64,000 nt of DNA from the NCBI RefSeq assembly GCF_036321535.1, contig NC_087437.1, positions 26,600,001 to 26,664,000 of the forward strand, given 5' to 3'. Below the pieces are notes generated by a model, which saw nothing but the letters and a program-made list of their open reading frames with translations, was not told the origin of the DNA and did no database searches. Origin of the DNA: Camelus dromedarius (Eukaryota). Every line of letters begins with the position of its first letter. Within the stretch, counting starts at the first letter, position 1. Positions 50,160 to 62,922 of the stretch are shown here, piece after piece. A program made the translations under genes and the position numbers.

Positions 50160-50692
50160 TTTAACCACTTAAGACACAGGCCCCTTGCCACAGACATAGA
50201 CCTCAAGTTTAGGGCTACTCTTGGCCATTGGGATTGTTCAGAAAAGGCCACGTGAGCCAATTGGTGCTAAGGAAACATGAGGACATTCCCTGGAGGTTTT
50301 TGGGGAAAAAGATTTCCTCTCTTTCGAGATTTCCTGAAAGAGAATGCATCTCTTCCTCTGGATGTTGACTGGGGCCAATGTAGGGTACAAATGCCAGGCC
50401 TGGCACTGCCCCAGCCAAGGGAAGCCCAAGAGCGAGGCCAGCGTCCCAGAGGCCCCAGGGCCAGCTGAGCAGACCAGCCAGATCCCCTCCCTCCTGCCCT
50501 CTAGGCTATTTCAGGTTGGGGGAGGGATAAATCAGGAGTCTGGGATTAGCAGATACAAACTGCTACATATAAAATAGGTAAACAACAAGGTCCTACTGCA
50601 TAGCACAGGAACTATATTCATTAGCTATTTCAGTTATTGAGAACAACCTGAGTTGGGTTTTCCATTTTTAGCAACCAATCACACCCTAATAC
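50160..50692 (+). mobile_element. Old MaLR LTR (MLT1J/K-like) interrupted by an L1 fragment
   Basis: ttggccattgggattgttcag..ctgagttgggttttcca..accctaatacag. Confidence 0.55.
50515..50621 (+). mobile_element. Tailless internal L1 3'UTR fragment
   Basis: gggataaatcaggagtctgggattagcagatacaaact...cacaggaactatattca, flanked by a gctatttcag direct repeat. Confidence 0.8.
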
Positions 50693-51048
50693 AGGGAAAG
50701 AAGCAAGTGTTTAAAGATATACTAGCACCCACCAGAGACTTTCTCCTGGATGTGATCAGGAGGATTGAAAGAGAGCTAAAAAGGGAATAATACTCCTACG
50801 GATTCAAGGTCATCAAATGCCATGTGTATCCACCCACCAACTAAAATCATCTTAGTGGCACACAACCCTCACTTGGGGCAGTCTTTGTCTTAGGCTGGAA
50901 GAGATGATGGCTTAACAGAAACAAAGCTGCAGGAAGCTATGATTGGCTTATGTTTACTTCTTGATAACTTATCTCAGTAAGAAAATCTAAAGAGCATATT
51001 GCTGGCTACACTTGTATTCCTACAGGAATCTTTGAAAGTGTGAGCTGG

Positions 51049-51218
51049 GCACTCCTGGGCAAATATCTGGAGAAACCGCTAATTCAAAAAGATACATGTA
51101 CCTCAGTGTTCATAGCAGGACATGGAGGCAACCTAAATGTCCATTGGCAGATGACTGGATAAAGAAGTTGTGGTATGTAGGTTTGTGTGTGTGTATATAT
51201 ATACATAATCACACACAC

Positions 51219-51277
<59 letters not shown>

Positions 51278-51793
51278 GGAATACCACTCTGCCATAAAAA
51301 AGAATGAAAAAAGAATGAAATAATGTAATTTGCAGCAATATGGATGGACCTAGATATTATCATACTTAGTGAGGTAAGTCAGAGAAAGACAACTATCATA
51401 TGTTATCATTTATACATGGAATCTTTAAAAATGACACAATTGAACTTACTTACAAAATAGAAATAGACTCACAGACATAGAAAACAAACTTATGGTTGCC
51501 AAAGGGTGAAGCTGGGGCAGGGATAAATTAGGAGTCTGGGATTAGCAGATACAAACTACTGTATATAAAATAGATAAACAACAAAGCCCTACTGCAGAGC
51601 ACAGGAACTATATTCACATAATATAGTTTATAATATAAGTCATTATAATAATAATAATAAAATTCATTATAATAACCCAGAATGAAAAAAGAATACAAAA
51701 AAAATATATATGTATATAATTGAATCACTGTGCTGTACCCCAGAAACTAACACATTATAAATCAAATATATTTCAATAAAATTTTTAAAAAAG
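51049..51793 (+). mobile_element. L1 3' end containing a (TA)n expansion (51222-51275)
   Basis: End of ORF2 (RTWRQPKCPLADDWIKKLW..MEYHSAIKKNE) plus 3'UTR. TSD gaaagtgtgagctgg (51034-51048) / gaaagtgtaggctgg (51794-51808). Confidence 0.9.
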
Positions 51794-51889
51794 GAAAGTG
51801 TAGGCTGGCGATGGGGGAGAGAATAAATTATCAGAAGAGTGTCTGTGCATCTGGCATTGCACATGGAGCTCTCTGATCATTTCCTAAGT

Positions 51890-52056
51890 CATTGGGACTC
51901 AAAGTGTGGTCCATGGACCAGCAGCATCCATAGCATCACCTAGGAGCTTATTAAAAATGTGGAGTCTCAGATCTCACTCAGAACTACTGAATTAGAACCT
52001 GCATTTTAACAAGATGCCCTTTGATTTATATGCACATTGGATTTTGAGAAGCACCG
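51890..52056. mobile_element. MER5A-like MITE
   Basis: ctcaaagtgtggtccatggaccagcagcatc..ctgcattttaacaagat..tttgagaagcac. Confidence 0.85.
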
Positions 52057-52914
52057 TCCTAGAAGCACGTCACCAGCTTAGAGCTGCTTAGACAGTGAAC
52101 AGCTGAGGTGGGCAGAGCCTGGAGATCTGCTTCCACCTGTGGAATGACAGCTCCAACTTCCAGGCCATGATGTCTGCTCTGTTTTCCTCCAGTTTCATCT
52201 GCAACTGACGGGTCATCTCTGCAAAAGAACCTGTTTTGGTCAATTCCTTGGGGTTTCACTTAATACTAGCACATCTCAGTCTGTCACCTGCAGTCTCATC
52301 TTATAGTTGGAGAAGCCATAGATACTGAGCCAGATGAACGAACACCTTAGGGGTTTTTACCCCTGTGCTGTTAAATGTCCTACATCCTATAATTCATTCA
52401 TTCATTCATTCAAACACAGATTAAACTCCTTCTTTATGTTGTTTGTAAACCCCATTTCCCAGATTTTGTATCAAAGTTATTATGATGATTAACACTTCCC
52501 TGAAGCCTTTCATAATCAGTAAATTCTGAGCTGTCCTGAAGGAGTATTCAATCAAGAGCTTGCCTGTCTCCCTGAAGTTTGAGACATTAATTTTTTCTTA
52601 CTATGAGAAGTAACAGTCATGTAAGTTACATACCAAAAGTCAGTAAAAGTTAAGTAAGTGCAGGCAAAATAAAAAAAAAAAAGAAGAAAGAAAGAAAGAA
52701 AGGGAAAATCATAGATCATAGCCCTTTCCTTCTAGCTGGGTCCTCTGTACTTCATTTTGCACTTGCTTTCGAGAATGACCTGCAAAGACACTCAGTGTCT
52801 TTAAATCTCACTTTCTGCATCTGTAAAATAGGAATGGTGGTTCTGAGGATTCCACGTGAGATGATGGGGAAGGTGTCCAGTACCTGCCCAGCAGGCAGTG
52901 ATGGTCTCTAAGGT

Positions 52915-53450
52915 GAGGGCCCTGGAGTACCAGAAGCAGGAATTTATGCTATAGAAAGGGATGATGATGCCAAGTCCATTTTCTCACTCAAGGGAAATAC
53001 AGGTTAGACTAGTGGTAAGGGAGGGAAGTGATTAGGGTTTAGCTACTGATGGTTTCTGGGAAGAAGGAAGGAGCTTTGTGCCGGTTGGGCCCTTAGGATG
53101 GAGTTAGGAGTGTGTGGGGGGTAGGGGACTGGGGAGAGGCAGCACCTGTGAAAGACAAAAGGGGAAGGACCAGGCAGGGAGGGCCTCAGACTGCAATGCA
53201 AATCTGACAAAGTCACTGCCCGTCCAAGGGGATCTCTGGAGCAAAGATTGCCCCTTAGAGGTGTTGGACAGAAATGGCCAGGCCTGAGTTCCCTACTGTG
53301 CTCAGGTACTGGCTGGGCTTTGCCTAGAAACAGTGTGGCCTCAGCTCAAAAGCTAAGAAAGAGCCTGAAGGGACAAATAGTTGCAGCCTAAGATATTTTT
53401 GCATCTGAATGGCAGGTTTCTTTCTAGAAGGGAGATCCAAGTGGCACAGT
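52915..53450 (-). mobile_element. ERVL solo LTR (LTR16-like), degenerate
   Basis: ctcagactgcaatgcaaatctgacaaagtc..ggatctctggagcaaagattgccc. Confidence 0.5.
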
Positions 53451-53571
53451 CTGTGGCTGGATGGGCTGAGATAATGAAAATCTCCCCAGTAAACTTAGAA
53501 GGATCCCAGAGCAGAGGCTACCGTTGCCTGGCTTCCCAGAAGACGCTGGGACTAGAGCACGGCACTGAAGT

Positions 53572-54064
53572 TGTTATGGGAAAAGGGAAATGAGATTTAC
53601 CTTGGTTCTTAGTCACCCGAAAAAAAGGAATTTTTGGCGAGAGACAAAAAGCGTGATATAAACAAGATTTTTATTAGTGAAGTAAAAAAAATAGTAAAAG
53701 ATAGCACACTCCTGAGAACTGGGGGCGGGCCAACCCAAGACAGGAAAAATGGCGCCCTCCCTTTGTTTTTCCTGTTTTTATATCCTGGTTTTGTGATTGA
53801 TTGACAACTCAGGTTCCCTGCACTCTGGCACGCCCATCCCCTTTTGGGCAGTTTCATTGGGTCAAGTTATACCAGGGCCTTCTCTTACACACAGCTGCAG
53901 GGTTTTGATTTTTAACTGGCTTCTTTTGCTGGCTCTCATTTAGAGAAAGTAAAAGTTTCTGGAGTCCCTTATCCTGAGTGCAGATGTACTGTTATTTTCT
54001 GGGTTGTTCCTTTCCCCTCCCTCTCCCCCTGCCCAGTGCTCATTTCTATCTAAACTGCCTGACA
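53572..54064 (-). mobile_element. ERV solo LTR, CpG-retaining
   Basis: TGTT...TGACA termini. Minus-strand TATAAAA (about 53775-53781), CCAAT and AATAAA (about 53669-53674). 4-bp TSD aagt/aaat. Confidence 0.7.
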
Positions 54065-54266
54065 AAATGTTGGCATGGCAATGGCTGGGGAGGCATCGAG
54101 GCAGAGGAACCTGTGGGGCACATCTCAGCACCCTGCACACCCCGCTGGTTCAGGGGAAAGAGCTGAGCATTTCCAAGCTCCTGGGATGGGATGGGATGGG
54201 ATGGGGAGGGGATGGGGAAGCTGCCATGCAGATAAGGCAGGAAGACTGGGAGATACTTCTTGGTTG

Positions 54267-54891
54267 TGTTGCTAAAGCTGTTGCCTTGCCCCCAGGATCA
54301 TTCCTCTGCCCCACCCTCAAATAGAAACCAATTACTTTTATCTAAGTTTCAGAAGGAAGCTACAAGGAGAAAAGAATAAGAACCAGTTAGAACCATTAGG
54401 TCCATGATGGCAGAGGCTTTGACTTCCAGTGGACCTTGAGCCTCACTAAACACCCACTGTAATACATTAGCATGCTAAATGACACACCCACCAGCACCAA
54501 GACGGTTGACGATGGCCATGACAACTACTGGAAAAGCCCATACAAGGACTGAAAAGTAGAGCTGCATCAGCTCTGGGTCCAAACCACTCTCCTGTTCTCA
54601 GATAACTCATGCATATTCCTCCTACTCTTTCTCGTCCCCTCCCCTTTACCTCCACCCTCCTATATATTTGGTTTCTCCACCTGAATTGGTGAGAAGTTGA
54701 TTTGCAAACCGAGTTCCCACTTCTCCATCCTTTGGCCATTGAATAAAGACTGTGCTGGTCCAGTTGCAGCATCCATTTCATTACCGGCTGCATGAATCTG
54801 ATTGGAATAGAACCTCCCTGGCCGGGACAGGGGGTCTCAGTCTGGACTAGGACCCTGACATGGGTGGGCCCACTTGCCCAATTTGGTAACA
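54267..54891 (+). mobile_element. MER41-like ERV1 solo LTR
   Basis: acattagcatgctaaatgacacacccaccagcacca.gacggttgac..gccatgacaac matches the recalled MER41 core. TGTTGC...GTAACA termini, TATA about 54661, AATAAA about 54742, TSD gttg/gctg. Confidence 0.75.
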
Positions 54892-55612
54892 GCTGGACTA
54901 GAAGAGGCAGAGCGTGTGGACCGACTGGCCGAGGTCATGCACAGTATATGCAGCAGAAACACGGTGATGCTCAAAAGCTAGTGGGAGCAGTTACATCTCA
55001 AGGGAGGTCAACAAGGCCAGCAGACAACTGTGGGCCTGATTTGCACTTTGCTGGGGGCTGCACCTGGACTGTAGGGAGGAATAAAAATCCTAAACTGATG
55101 GAGTAGTTACTAAGGACACACAGGATTTTAAACTAGAGGAACTACCTCGCCTTGAAATGGTGTGATTAAGTTTCCTGCTTATGAGGAGAAACAGGGAACT
55201 GGGGGCTGGTTAAGTTCAGTTATAGAAAGTAAAGAAATTTACAAACTGCATTTCTCAGTTATGCAGTCTATTACATTTCATCTCTGCTATGCATGAAAAT
55301 TCATACCCTTTAATATAATCGTTTCACTTCTGGGAGTCTAATTTTAAAAGTAGAAAAAACACCTATGCCAAAATATTTTTATTTACATAATATTTATAAT
55401 AGTTAAGTGACTTAAATGCCCAACAGGAGAAAAATTAGGTAAATTACAGTACATCCACTTGATGACATATTAGACTACTAATTACAGTGATGTTTCCACT
55501 AATATGCAATAACATAGAACTGTTTTTCTAGTAAATTGGGCAGTGGAACAAGCAGAAAGTAATATTGTAATGTATTGTTCAAACCTTTTGACCACAACTC
55601 AGAATAAAGAGT

Positions 55613-56100
55613 TGCCGATTGAAAAAAAAATGCATGATCTAAAAGTTGAGAGTTACGTTTTATTCAGGGCCCTTACTGAGAACTATAGGCTGGGGGCAGC
55701 CTCTCAGACAGCTCAGAGGACATGGTCCAAAGAGGTAAGGGAGGAGACAGGATATATAAAAGTTTTTGCTGAAAAAAATGAAAATAGAAACAAAAAACCA
55801 CACCCAGTTGAATATTGAAAGATTACTACTAATCACAAAAAAAACCAGACATCTCAAGTTAATGATTTTAGTGCTCTTCTACGTATGGCAGGATGCAAGT
55901 GTCTGGGCTTTTTAAAATTATTGCCTTGATATGCATCTTAACTATCTAGGGCCAGTGTCCTGATCTTCCCCATCCTGAATTTCTGTCAAGGCACACCGTG
56001 GTTGGGGGTGGGGGTGGGGGGGTGGCTGCTGTGACTGATGGTTTGATGGCAGTCAACCTTCGTTGTTTACTGGAATGGCAGGCAACCCTCTTTGTCCATA
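55613..56100 (-). mobile_element. Cetartiodactyl ERV1-type solo LTR nested in a hAT-Charlie MITE (about 55575-55612 and 56101-56305)
   Basis: Minus strand starts t.tggacaaagagggttgcctgccattccagtaaacaa; AATAAA near 55658-55663. Flanks rejoin as ttttgaccacaactcagaataaaga|gtacatttagcatcttgaccc. Confidence 0.7.
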
Positions 56101-57142
56101 GTACATTTAGCATCTTGACCCGGGACACCTTGTACATATATTTATTGCTGACACAAAGGTTGCAGAAAACAATGCTTGCCAACACTGGCTGCAATGCATT
56201 TTGACATTTTATATGCATTTCCACTGGGTCTCTTTCAATGCTAGTTAGACCCACCACATGGGTTTTATCACCACCGACGACAGATCATGACTCTTCATGG
56301 ATAAACATGATCCCAACAATGGAAAAGAACAAATGACAAAAATGTGTGACTAGAAATTGTACTTGGGGGGGACTGTGCCAAAATATCAACAACCTGAAAC
56401 TCCAGGGGATTTGTTTATATTTTCCAATTTGTCTCTCATAAACATTCACTACTTTTTATAATAGAAATAACATTGCCATACTCATTTTTAAGTTGTTCTC
56501 AAGGCTTCTCCTCTCCAGGCGAAGTAATCCCAGTTCCCTGCACTCTGATCAATTCCCTTTGTACCTCCCGATAAACTCCTGAGACCCAGGGCAGGGCGGC
56601 CACCAGAGCCGCAGGCAGCCTGTGAGCCTGAGCCCCACACTGAACAGCTCTGGGCTCTGGCACCTCATGACTCATGGCCCCCACGCGGCTCTGCTGAATT
56701 ATGTACATTTTAATAAGGAGATTGATGTCGCAGTTATCCATGTCCTGAACTTCTCCTCTGCTTCCTTTCATTCAACACAGCTTTACTGAGTGCCTGTTAA
56801 GTTCCAAATACTAGTCTAAAAGCTATATAAAACGATCTTTTTATATTTTTCAACTTTTCTATAACAAGCATGTATTTATTTCATATTCAGGGGGGAAAAT
56901 ATACACTGTTTCAAAAGAGGACCTTAAGACATAGATCTTGCCTTCAAGATGCCCACAGCCTAGGAAAGAAGCAGTCCCGTAAACAGATATGTCAGTGTAG
57001 GACTTACTCCAGCCTCTTCCCCACCTCCAGCCCCAGCCACAAAGGGGCTCCTCCAAAATGCTTTTAATTAATAGAGGCCAAGGTGTTCCTCTCCCTTCCT
57101 CCCCAGGACACCATGAAATTTGTCTGACGTCATTCGCTGGTT

Positions 57143-57245
57143 GAGAGAGAGAGGAAGACAAAAATGGAGAGGAGAGAGAGAGAGAGAGAAAGAGAAGAGA
57201 GGAGAAAAGGAAGGAGGGTGGGAAAGAGGAAATCTGGAGGGAGAC
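57143..57245. repeat. Polypurine (GA-rich) tract
   Basis: Directly visible. Confidence 0.85.
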
Positions 57246-59237
57246 TGGGTGGCATCCAGTCCAGGGGAAGCTGGATCTGATCTGTTTGGATCCGATGTGG
57301 ATCAGGTCTGTACCTCCTCCATGAACATTTTACTGAGGTTAGTGTTGAGGGATCCTCTGGTGCCCAGAACCTCTTGTCACTCTGCTCCCTCCTGAGCTTG
57401 AACAGTACAACGCAGACAAGGTGGTGGATCAGAGTTTATTTCCCTGATAGCCCGTGTGTCATGGGTGGGCTGGCCGGTGACCCCTGGAGGAATAAGGCAG
57501 CGGCTCCAGATTGGTCGGGCATCAATGGCAGCAGCCAGATCTTACTGATTATTTTCAGGTTTTCTCAGTTAAATGAGTAATGTTCTGATGGAAGCTTCTA
57601 GTCAGGACATTAACTTCTGATTCTGGTATTTCCCCAAAGGGGTTCAAACAAGTTGGCAGACAGCAAGTTGGATAAGTCACTAGAGGAAACCATGTAAAAC
57701 TCTGAAGTCTGTGCTTCAGTGACACCAGGAGAATCATTGATTTATCTCCGTCTTATAGAAGAAAGTGCTTACTTGTTTTCCAACATGGGCGGCCTGTCAA
57801 GATGTAACACGATGCTAGGGGCAGCTCCAGTCAGCAATTCTTTAACCTCTTGGACTCCTGCTGTAATCAGAAAAATTTCCCCTCAGCATATTCTTTTAAT
57901 AATCCCTTGGACGCAGTTGTGGTGAATTCTGATACATCTAACCGTCCAAGACTCCGCGGCCTGAGCGTTCACACAGCATGTACCTGCCTTCGGGGGTCCC
58001 TGCTCTGCTGAATCGTGTTCTGCTATTTGCAAGGCTGCTCGGGGAAACAAGAGGTGTCCAGGAGGCAGGTGACAGGGTTCTGGAAAACCTGGTGAAAAAC
58101 ATTTCTCTCCAGTGCCTCTTCTGTTTGCACCTCATGATAAATGTTCCTTTGGCAGTTTTATAAACAGACTGCTAAAATGTCACTTTTTTAGAAGTGTGAG
58201 CGGCTTGTTGACGAGGGTGGCTGGGAGTCAGGCAGACCCGGTGCAGGGGGTGCCTCGGCCTGAGCTGGCGCGCTGACGTTAAGTAGGTCGTTTGTCTGAA
58301 GAGTCGGCCAGGACTGGAAAATTTCAAGGTGCCATCTTTCACACGGACAGAAAAAAACAACGTTGCTCATCTGAAAGTCTGGCAGGAATTCTGTGTGCAT
58401 GTCTGTCCTCATGGATGCCTCTCGGGCCGTGTGCAGGGAGCACAGCGGGTGGAGCAGCACAGGACGCAAAGGTGGTCTGGTCTCAGAACCTGGAACGGGG
58501 GAGGGGGGACGGAGGGCCCCCCCCCCCACTGGTCTGCCTAGGGACGGGGCAGCCCCACGCTTCTGCCCGGCCAGGTCTCTCTTAGGAGGAATAAGCAACA
58601 CCTCATGGAAGGAAGCCGACTCAGATAAAATGGCATGTTTACCAACCCAAACAACCGATCTTCAAAGTGAGAATAAATTAGGCCATCTTGATAATACATT
58701 TGGGATCCCAAGAAGCCTAATGTATTGTGAGGCAAAGGAGCATATTATTTGAATGCATGCTTGTTCAGTTAATGCAGGAATTAGTTGTAATCGGACCCAG
58801 GCCCACCCACCCCAGAGGGCAGCTGGAGTCCACTCTGTTCTGCTTATCATCTCACCATCCATGGAATTCCACCTGAATTCCAGAAGTTCCGAAGAGGCTC
58901 ATAAAATACATCTTAGTTGCTACACAGGACACTTTGGAAATAGGAAAAATAAAAATCTTTAATTTGTAAAGTGAGGAAAAATATTGGATGCCCCAGGAAA
59001 GGAAAAAGCCCAGGACTTCCTAGCTGACAGGCACTGGCCCCTTGGGCAGAAAGCCTGTCTCCACTCAGTGGCCCCAGGGCCTATGCCCTGCAGGCCCAGA
59101 GTTGTCTCAGCTCAACTATGCTTGTTGACAAACATGCCAGCTTTGCATCTGAATGGCTCAGAGAAACCAATTTTTCACTGGAATCTTACAGATTATAGTC
59201 ACAGCCCATTGCTTCTCATTGGTAATGAATGATTTAA

Positions 59238-59515
59238 GAGCTGTGTTGTCCAATACAGTAGCCACTAGCCACTTTGAAATGTGGCCAAGTCCCAACTGAC
59301 ACATGCTGGAAGAACGCAGCACACACTGCAAAACACATCCTAACTCAACTAATTCAATGACTTTACATATCGATTACATGTTAAAGGGATAATGTTTTGG
59401 CTAGAGTGATTTAAAGTATGTTATTAAAATTAGTTTCATCTGTTTCTTTTAATCCTCTTTAATGAGGCTGTTAGGAACTTTAAAGTCACTTGTGTGCATT
59501 ATAATGGATAGCACA
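59238..59515. mobile_element. MER3/MER33-like hAT MITE
   Basis: gtgttgtccaatacagtagccactagccac...tggatagcacag. Confidence 0.75.
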
Positions 59516-59889
59516 GTAATAGTGGTTTCATTTCAAGTGTGAAAAGAATCACCAGCTCCCTTTCCCACATCTTTTCAAAATCTTCTTTTGGACTAATTCT
59601 GAAGTCCCTTTAGTGAGACACCATGCTTTCTTTTGTTGTCCGAATGAAGAACAGCTTTCAAAATCCAGTGAGTTTTAAAATGGGCAATGACTGCTCAGTA
59701 GCTTTACATCAGGCAAACCAGGCAAGGAACACTGGCCAAAGGCACAATCCCACAAAGATGTTTTCAGTCAAACGTTACATTTTCTTCATCACCCTCTTCC
59801 CACTTCTCCACCTCCCCTCGCCCCAACAATGCACAAAATGGAGGTTTGTCTGAGCCCCACTGAGCAGGCCTGACACAGATAAGTCATTG

Positions 59890-61480
59890 TCTAAGAGTTA
59901 GGTTACCTAAATTTTCCATACCACTGGGGCTGGATTCCTCTCAGACATAAAATACCGATGGGCAAAAGGAGCACAGGAACTAGTAAAGACACTCTAAATC
60001 TTGAGGCAACGGAAGGACATGAAATCCGCAAAATCCTGCCAGTGTCCAGCCGCTCCAGCCATCTCTCTCTGAGGGGGTAGTGTCCGCTCTTCGAAAGATC
60101 AGCTTCCAAAATTTCTACCCAGATAAATTCATTTCAGTGCTCTTTACATATTATCATTCCATCAAGCCCAGGGAGATAGGAGACAGAGCCCATGAAGAAA
60201 TTGAACCAGAGGGGTACTGTATTCGGGACCCAAGGCATAGAACTGGGGAAAGTGAGGGATTAAATGCAAGTCTGCTAACTGAAAAGTGAGATCTCAGAGA
60301 TTCCCAGCCCCCTGCTCCAGGAAGTCAGAGGAAACTTATAAACACACCAAGCAAGAGATCAGAGGATCTGCTCTGGAGAAACTGAACTACCTCAGAATAA
60401 AGATATCCAGAAATTGACATTTGAGGGCCCCTATGAAAAAGGCAAATGGCCATACAATTGCCCCACAGTAAAGCCCACCAACCAACAGCTTAAGCTGAAT
60501 TATAATATCCAAGGATGACAGCCTTTAAAGGAAAGCCTCTGGTGTGAAAAGGAGAAATCAAAATTAAATACGAAACCAAAACTTAGAGGACAAAGAGAAG
60601 ATACAAAAAACAAAATAAAATAAAACTTTAAATCCAGAAAGAGAGAATAGAAAAAAAAAACTGAAAGGGAAATTATATATTAAAAACTAAAAATAATATA
60701 AAATATAGGAAAATTTATCAAAACTGAAGGACCCGAGTTTTCAAATTGAAGTGGCCTAAGAAATGAATAAAAGAAAAGATATATATCAAGGCCCACCACA
60801 AAATTTAGGATCTTCCCACTGCTAAATGGAGGAGCTAAAAATCTTCCAGAGAGAAAGCATGTCACTTACAAGAACTGGAAAGCAGACATCAGACTTCTCA
60901 ACCACAACATTTAAAAATAAAAGACAGTAAAATAAGTTCAAAATGTTGATGGAAAATTATTTTCAACCTGAAATTCTATACTCAGGCAAATTAGTACCTT
61001 TATATGAGGATAAACTAAGGACATTTCAGACATGTTGTCTCAAAAATTTACTTTTGATGCTTCCCAGAAGCTACCAAAGGAAATGCTTCATTAAAATGAG
61101 AGTAAACCAAGAAAAGAAGACATGGGGCCCAAGAATAAGGGGAACAGGGAGAGAAGAGAAAGAGAGAAGAGAGGACTCTAAAAGAAATATAACTAGAAGA
61201 AAAATGGATTGGATGGACAATGTAACAAGTCTGACAAAGTAAAACATTTTGTACTGAGAAATGATTTCTAGAGCTATTTGAGGTATGGGAAGACCTAGCC
61301 AGTAAACAAGTGAAATGACAACAACAACAAAAAAAGAGGCAATTAATTACTCCAGATACAGAAAAATGTAAAAGAAAGTTGTATATGTGTACTATGATTG
61401 GGATTTACCTATATCTAGTAGATAGGGAAAAAAAGAATGAGGGGCCTAAGAGAGACAGAATCCCATTTATTATAACAGAC
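59890..61480 (+). mobile_element. Old L1M/HAL1-like 5' region and ORF1 remnant
   Basis: ORF 60943.. ENYFQPEILYSGKL resembles L1 ORF1p ENxFQPRILYPAKL; A-rich strand bias. Confidence 0.6.
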
Positions 61481-61539
61481 AATGCCTCAGATCACTCTTC
61501 CTAATTCTGGGGAGGAGGGTTAGAGGGGAAGGAAGCATG

Positions 61540-62720
61540 AGTAACTAGGCAGAATGTGGCATCACTTGCTGAGACAAAGAATGATGGAAAATAAGCAAAT
61601 ATGGGGAATGCGGAAGTGCTAGTTTGTCTGCTTAATTTTGGACATGTTGCATTTGAGTGCTTCCAGGACATGCAGGTAGAGATGTTGAGCAGGCAGGGAT
61701 ATACTGGATAAATGGGTCTGGAGCTCAGAAGAAAGGACTAGTGTAACTAAAGTTCACATGGGTATGTAGATGGTAGAGGGCACTGCTGACCTTACCTAGA
61801 GAGGGGCTGTAAGGTGAGAAGAAAATGGGGTCCTGGAACAATTCATGAGGAATGGCACATCAGGGTGAGAGAGGGGGAACACATCTGGCAAAGGAGATTG
61901 GGAAGGATAGGTTGGAGAGATGGAAAGAAAAGTTGGAGAGAGTGAGAGTGTGGAAATGAGACGCCTTCCCGCCCCTGTGCTATTCCCTAATGTGAGGGTA
62001 GACCTCCCCCCCAATCATATGTCCTTTTCCAGTTGTACTTTTCTTCATGTACTACAATGAGATGAGAATTTACACAATTGACTCATTCGTTCATTGAATA
62101 AATATTTAATGAGAACCTACCATGTGCCAGGCTGTTCTAGGATGTAGATCCAGCAGGTACAAGACAGACAAGGCCTGTTTTCGAAAAGTTTAACTTCTAA
62201 GTGGGGAAAGGAGGCAAGGAAGGGGGTGGACAAGTGTGTCAGATGCTCCTGAGAAGTCAAGGACAATAAGGACTGAAGAGCAGTCACTGGGTTTAGCCAC
62301 ATGGAGCTGAGTCCACTGGAGACATTAGGAGGGGGCGGGGGGCAGAAACCAGATCAGAAAGGGCTAAGAAACAGAGGATGAGCCCACCAAGAGAGGAAAT
62401 GTGGACACGTCTGGTGGGAAGAATGAGCAAGGAGGTGAGACTAGAACAGTGCCTGTTGTATCATCACACGGGGAAGAATTTAGTCAAGAATGATTGGGAC
62501 ACGCTTAACAGTTGACGATAGGAAGGATCCAGTTGCAAGAATCAGATTGAAAACGTATAAGCAAATAGGGGCAGGAGCTGAGTAGCATGAGGTTTCTTAG
62601 AAGAGCTGTGGAGGGAGGAACCAGAATGCATTTAGGGAGATTTGCCTATGAAAGCAGAAGGGATGTCCTCCGTCATATTAGGGTGGTGGAGATTTGAAGA
62701 GAATGGTGGAATTCAAGTAG
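61540..62720 (-). mobile_element. L2 fragments
   Basis: ttttggacatgttgcatttgag..gggtctggagctcagaag; tcattgaataaatatttaatgagaacctaccatgtgccaggc. Confidence 0.7.
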
Positions 62721-62922
62721 CAGGAAGAGGGAGGGTGTTTGGAGATGTGAATTGTTTATTCCCTGTCCTTGAGTGAGGGGCATTCATTGTCCAGGAAGGG
62801 AGTGAGGGGTTAATGGATGAAAAGGGCAGGGGAGGTCAACCAGGACCATTCAAGCCAAGGCACTGGAAGGAGAGGAGGTTGAGGGCAGGAAATGGGACTT
62901 TTGAATTAGTGAAAGATTTGTT

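Noticed and set aside
51084..51363. YI-repeat ORFs
   Set aside because: (TA)n expansion inside an L1 fragment.
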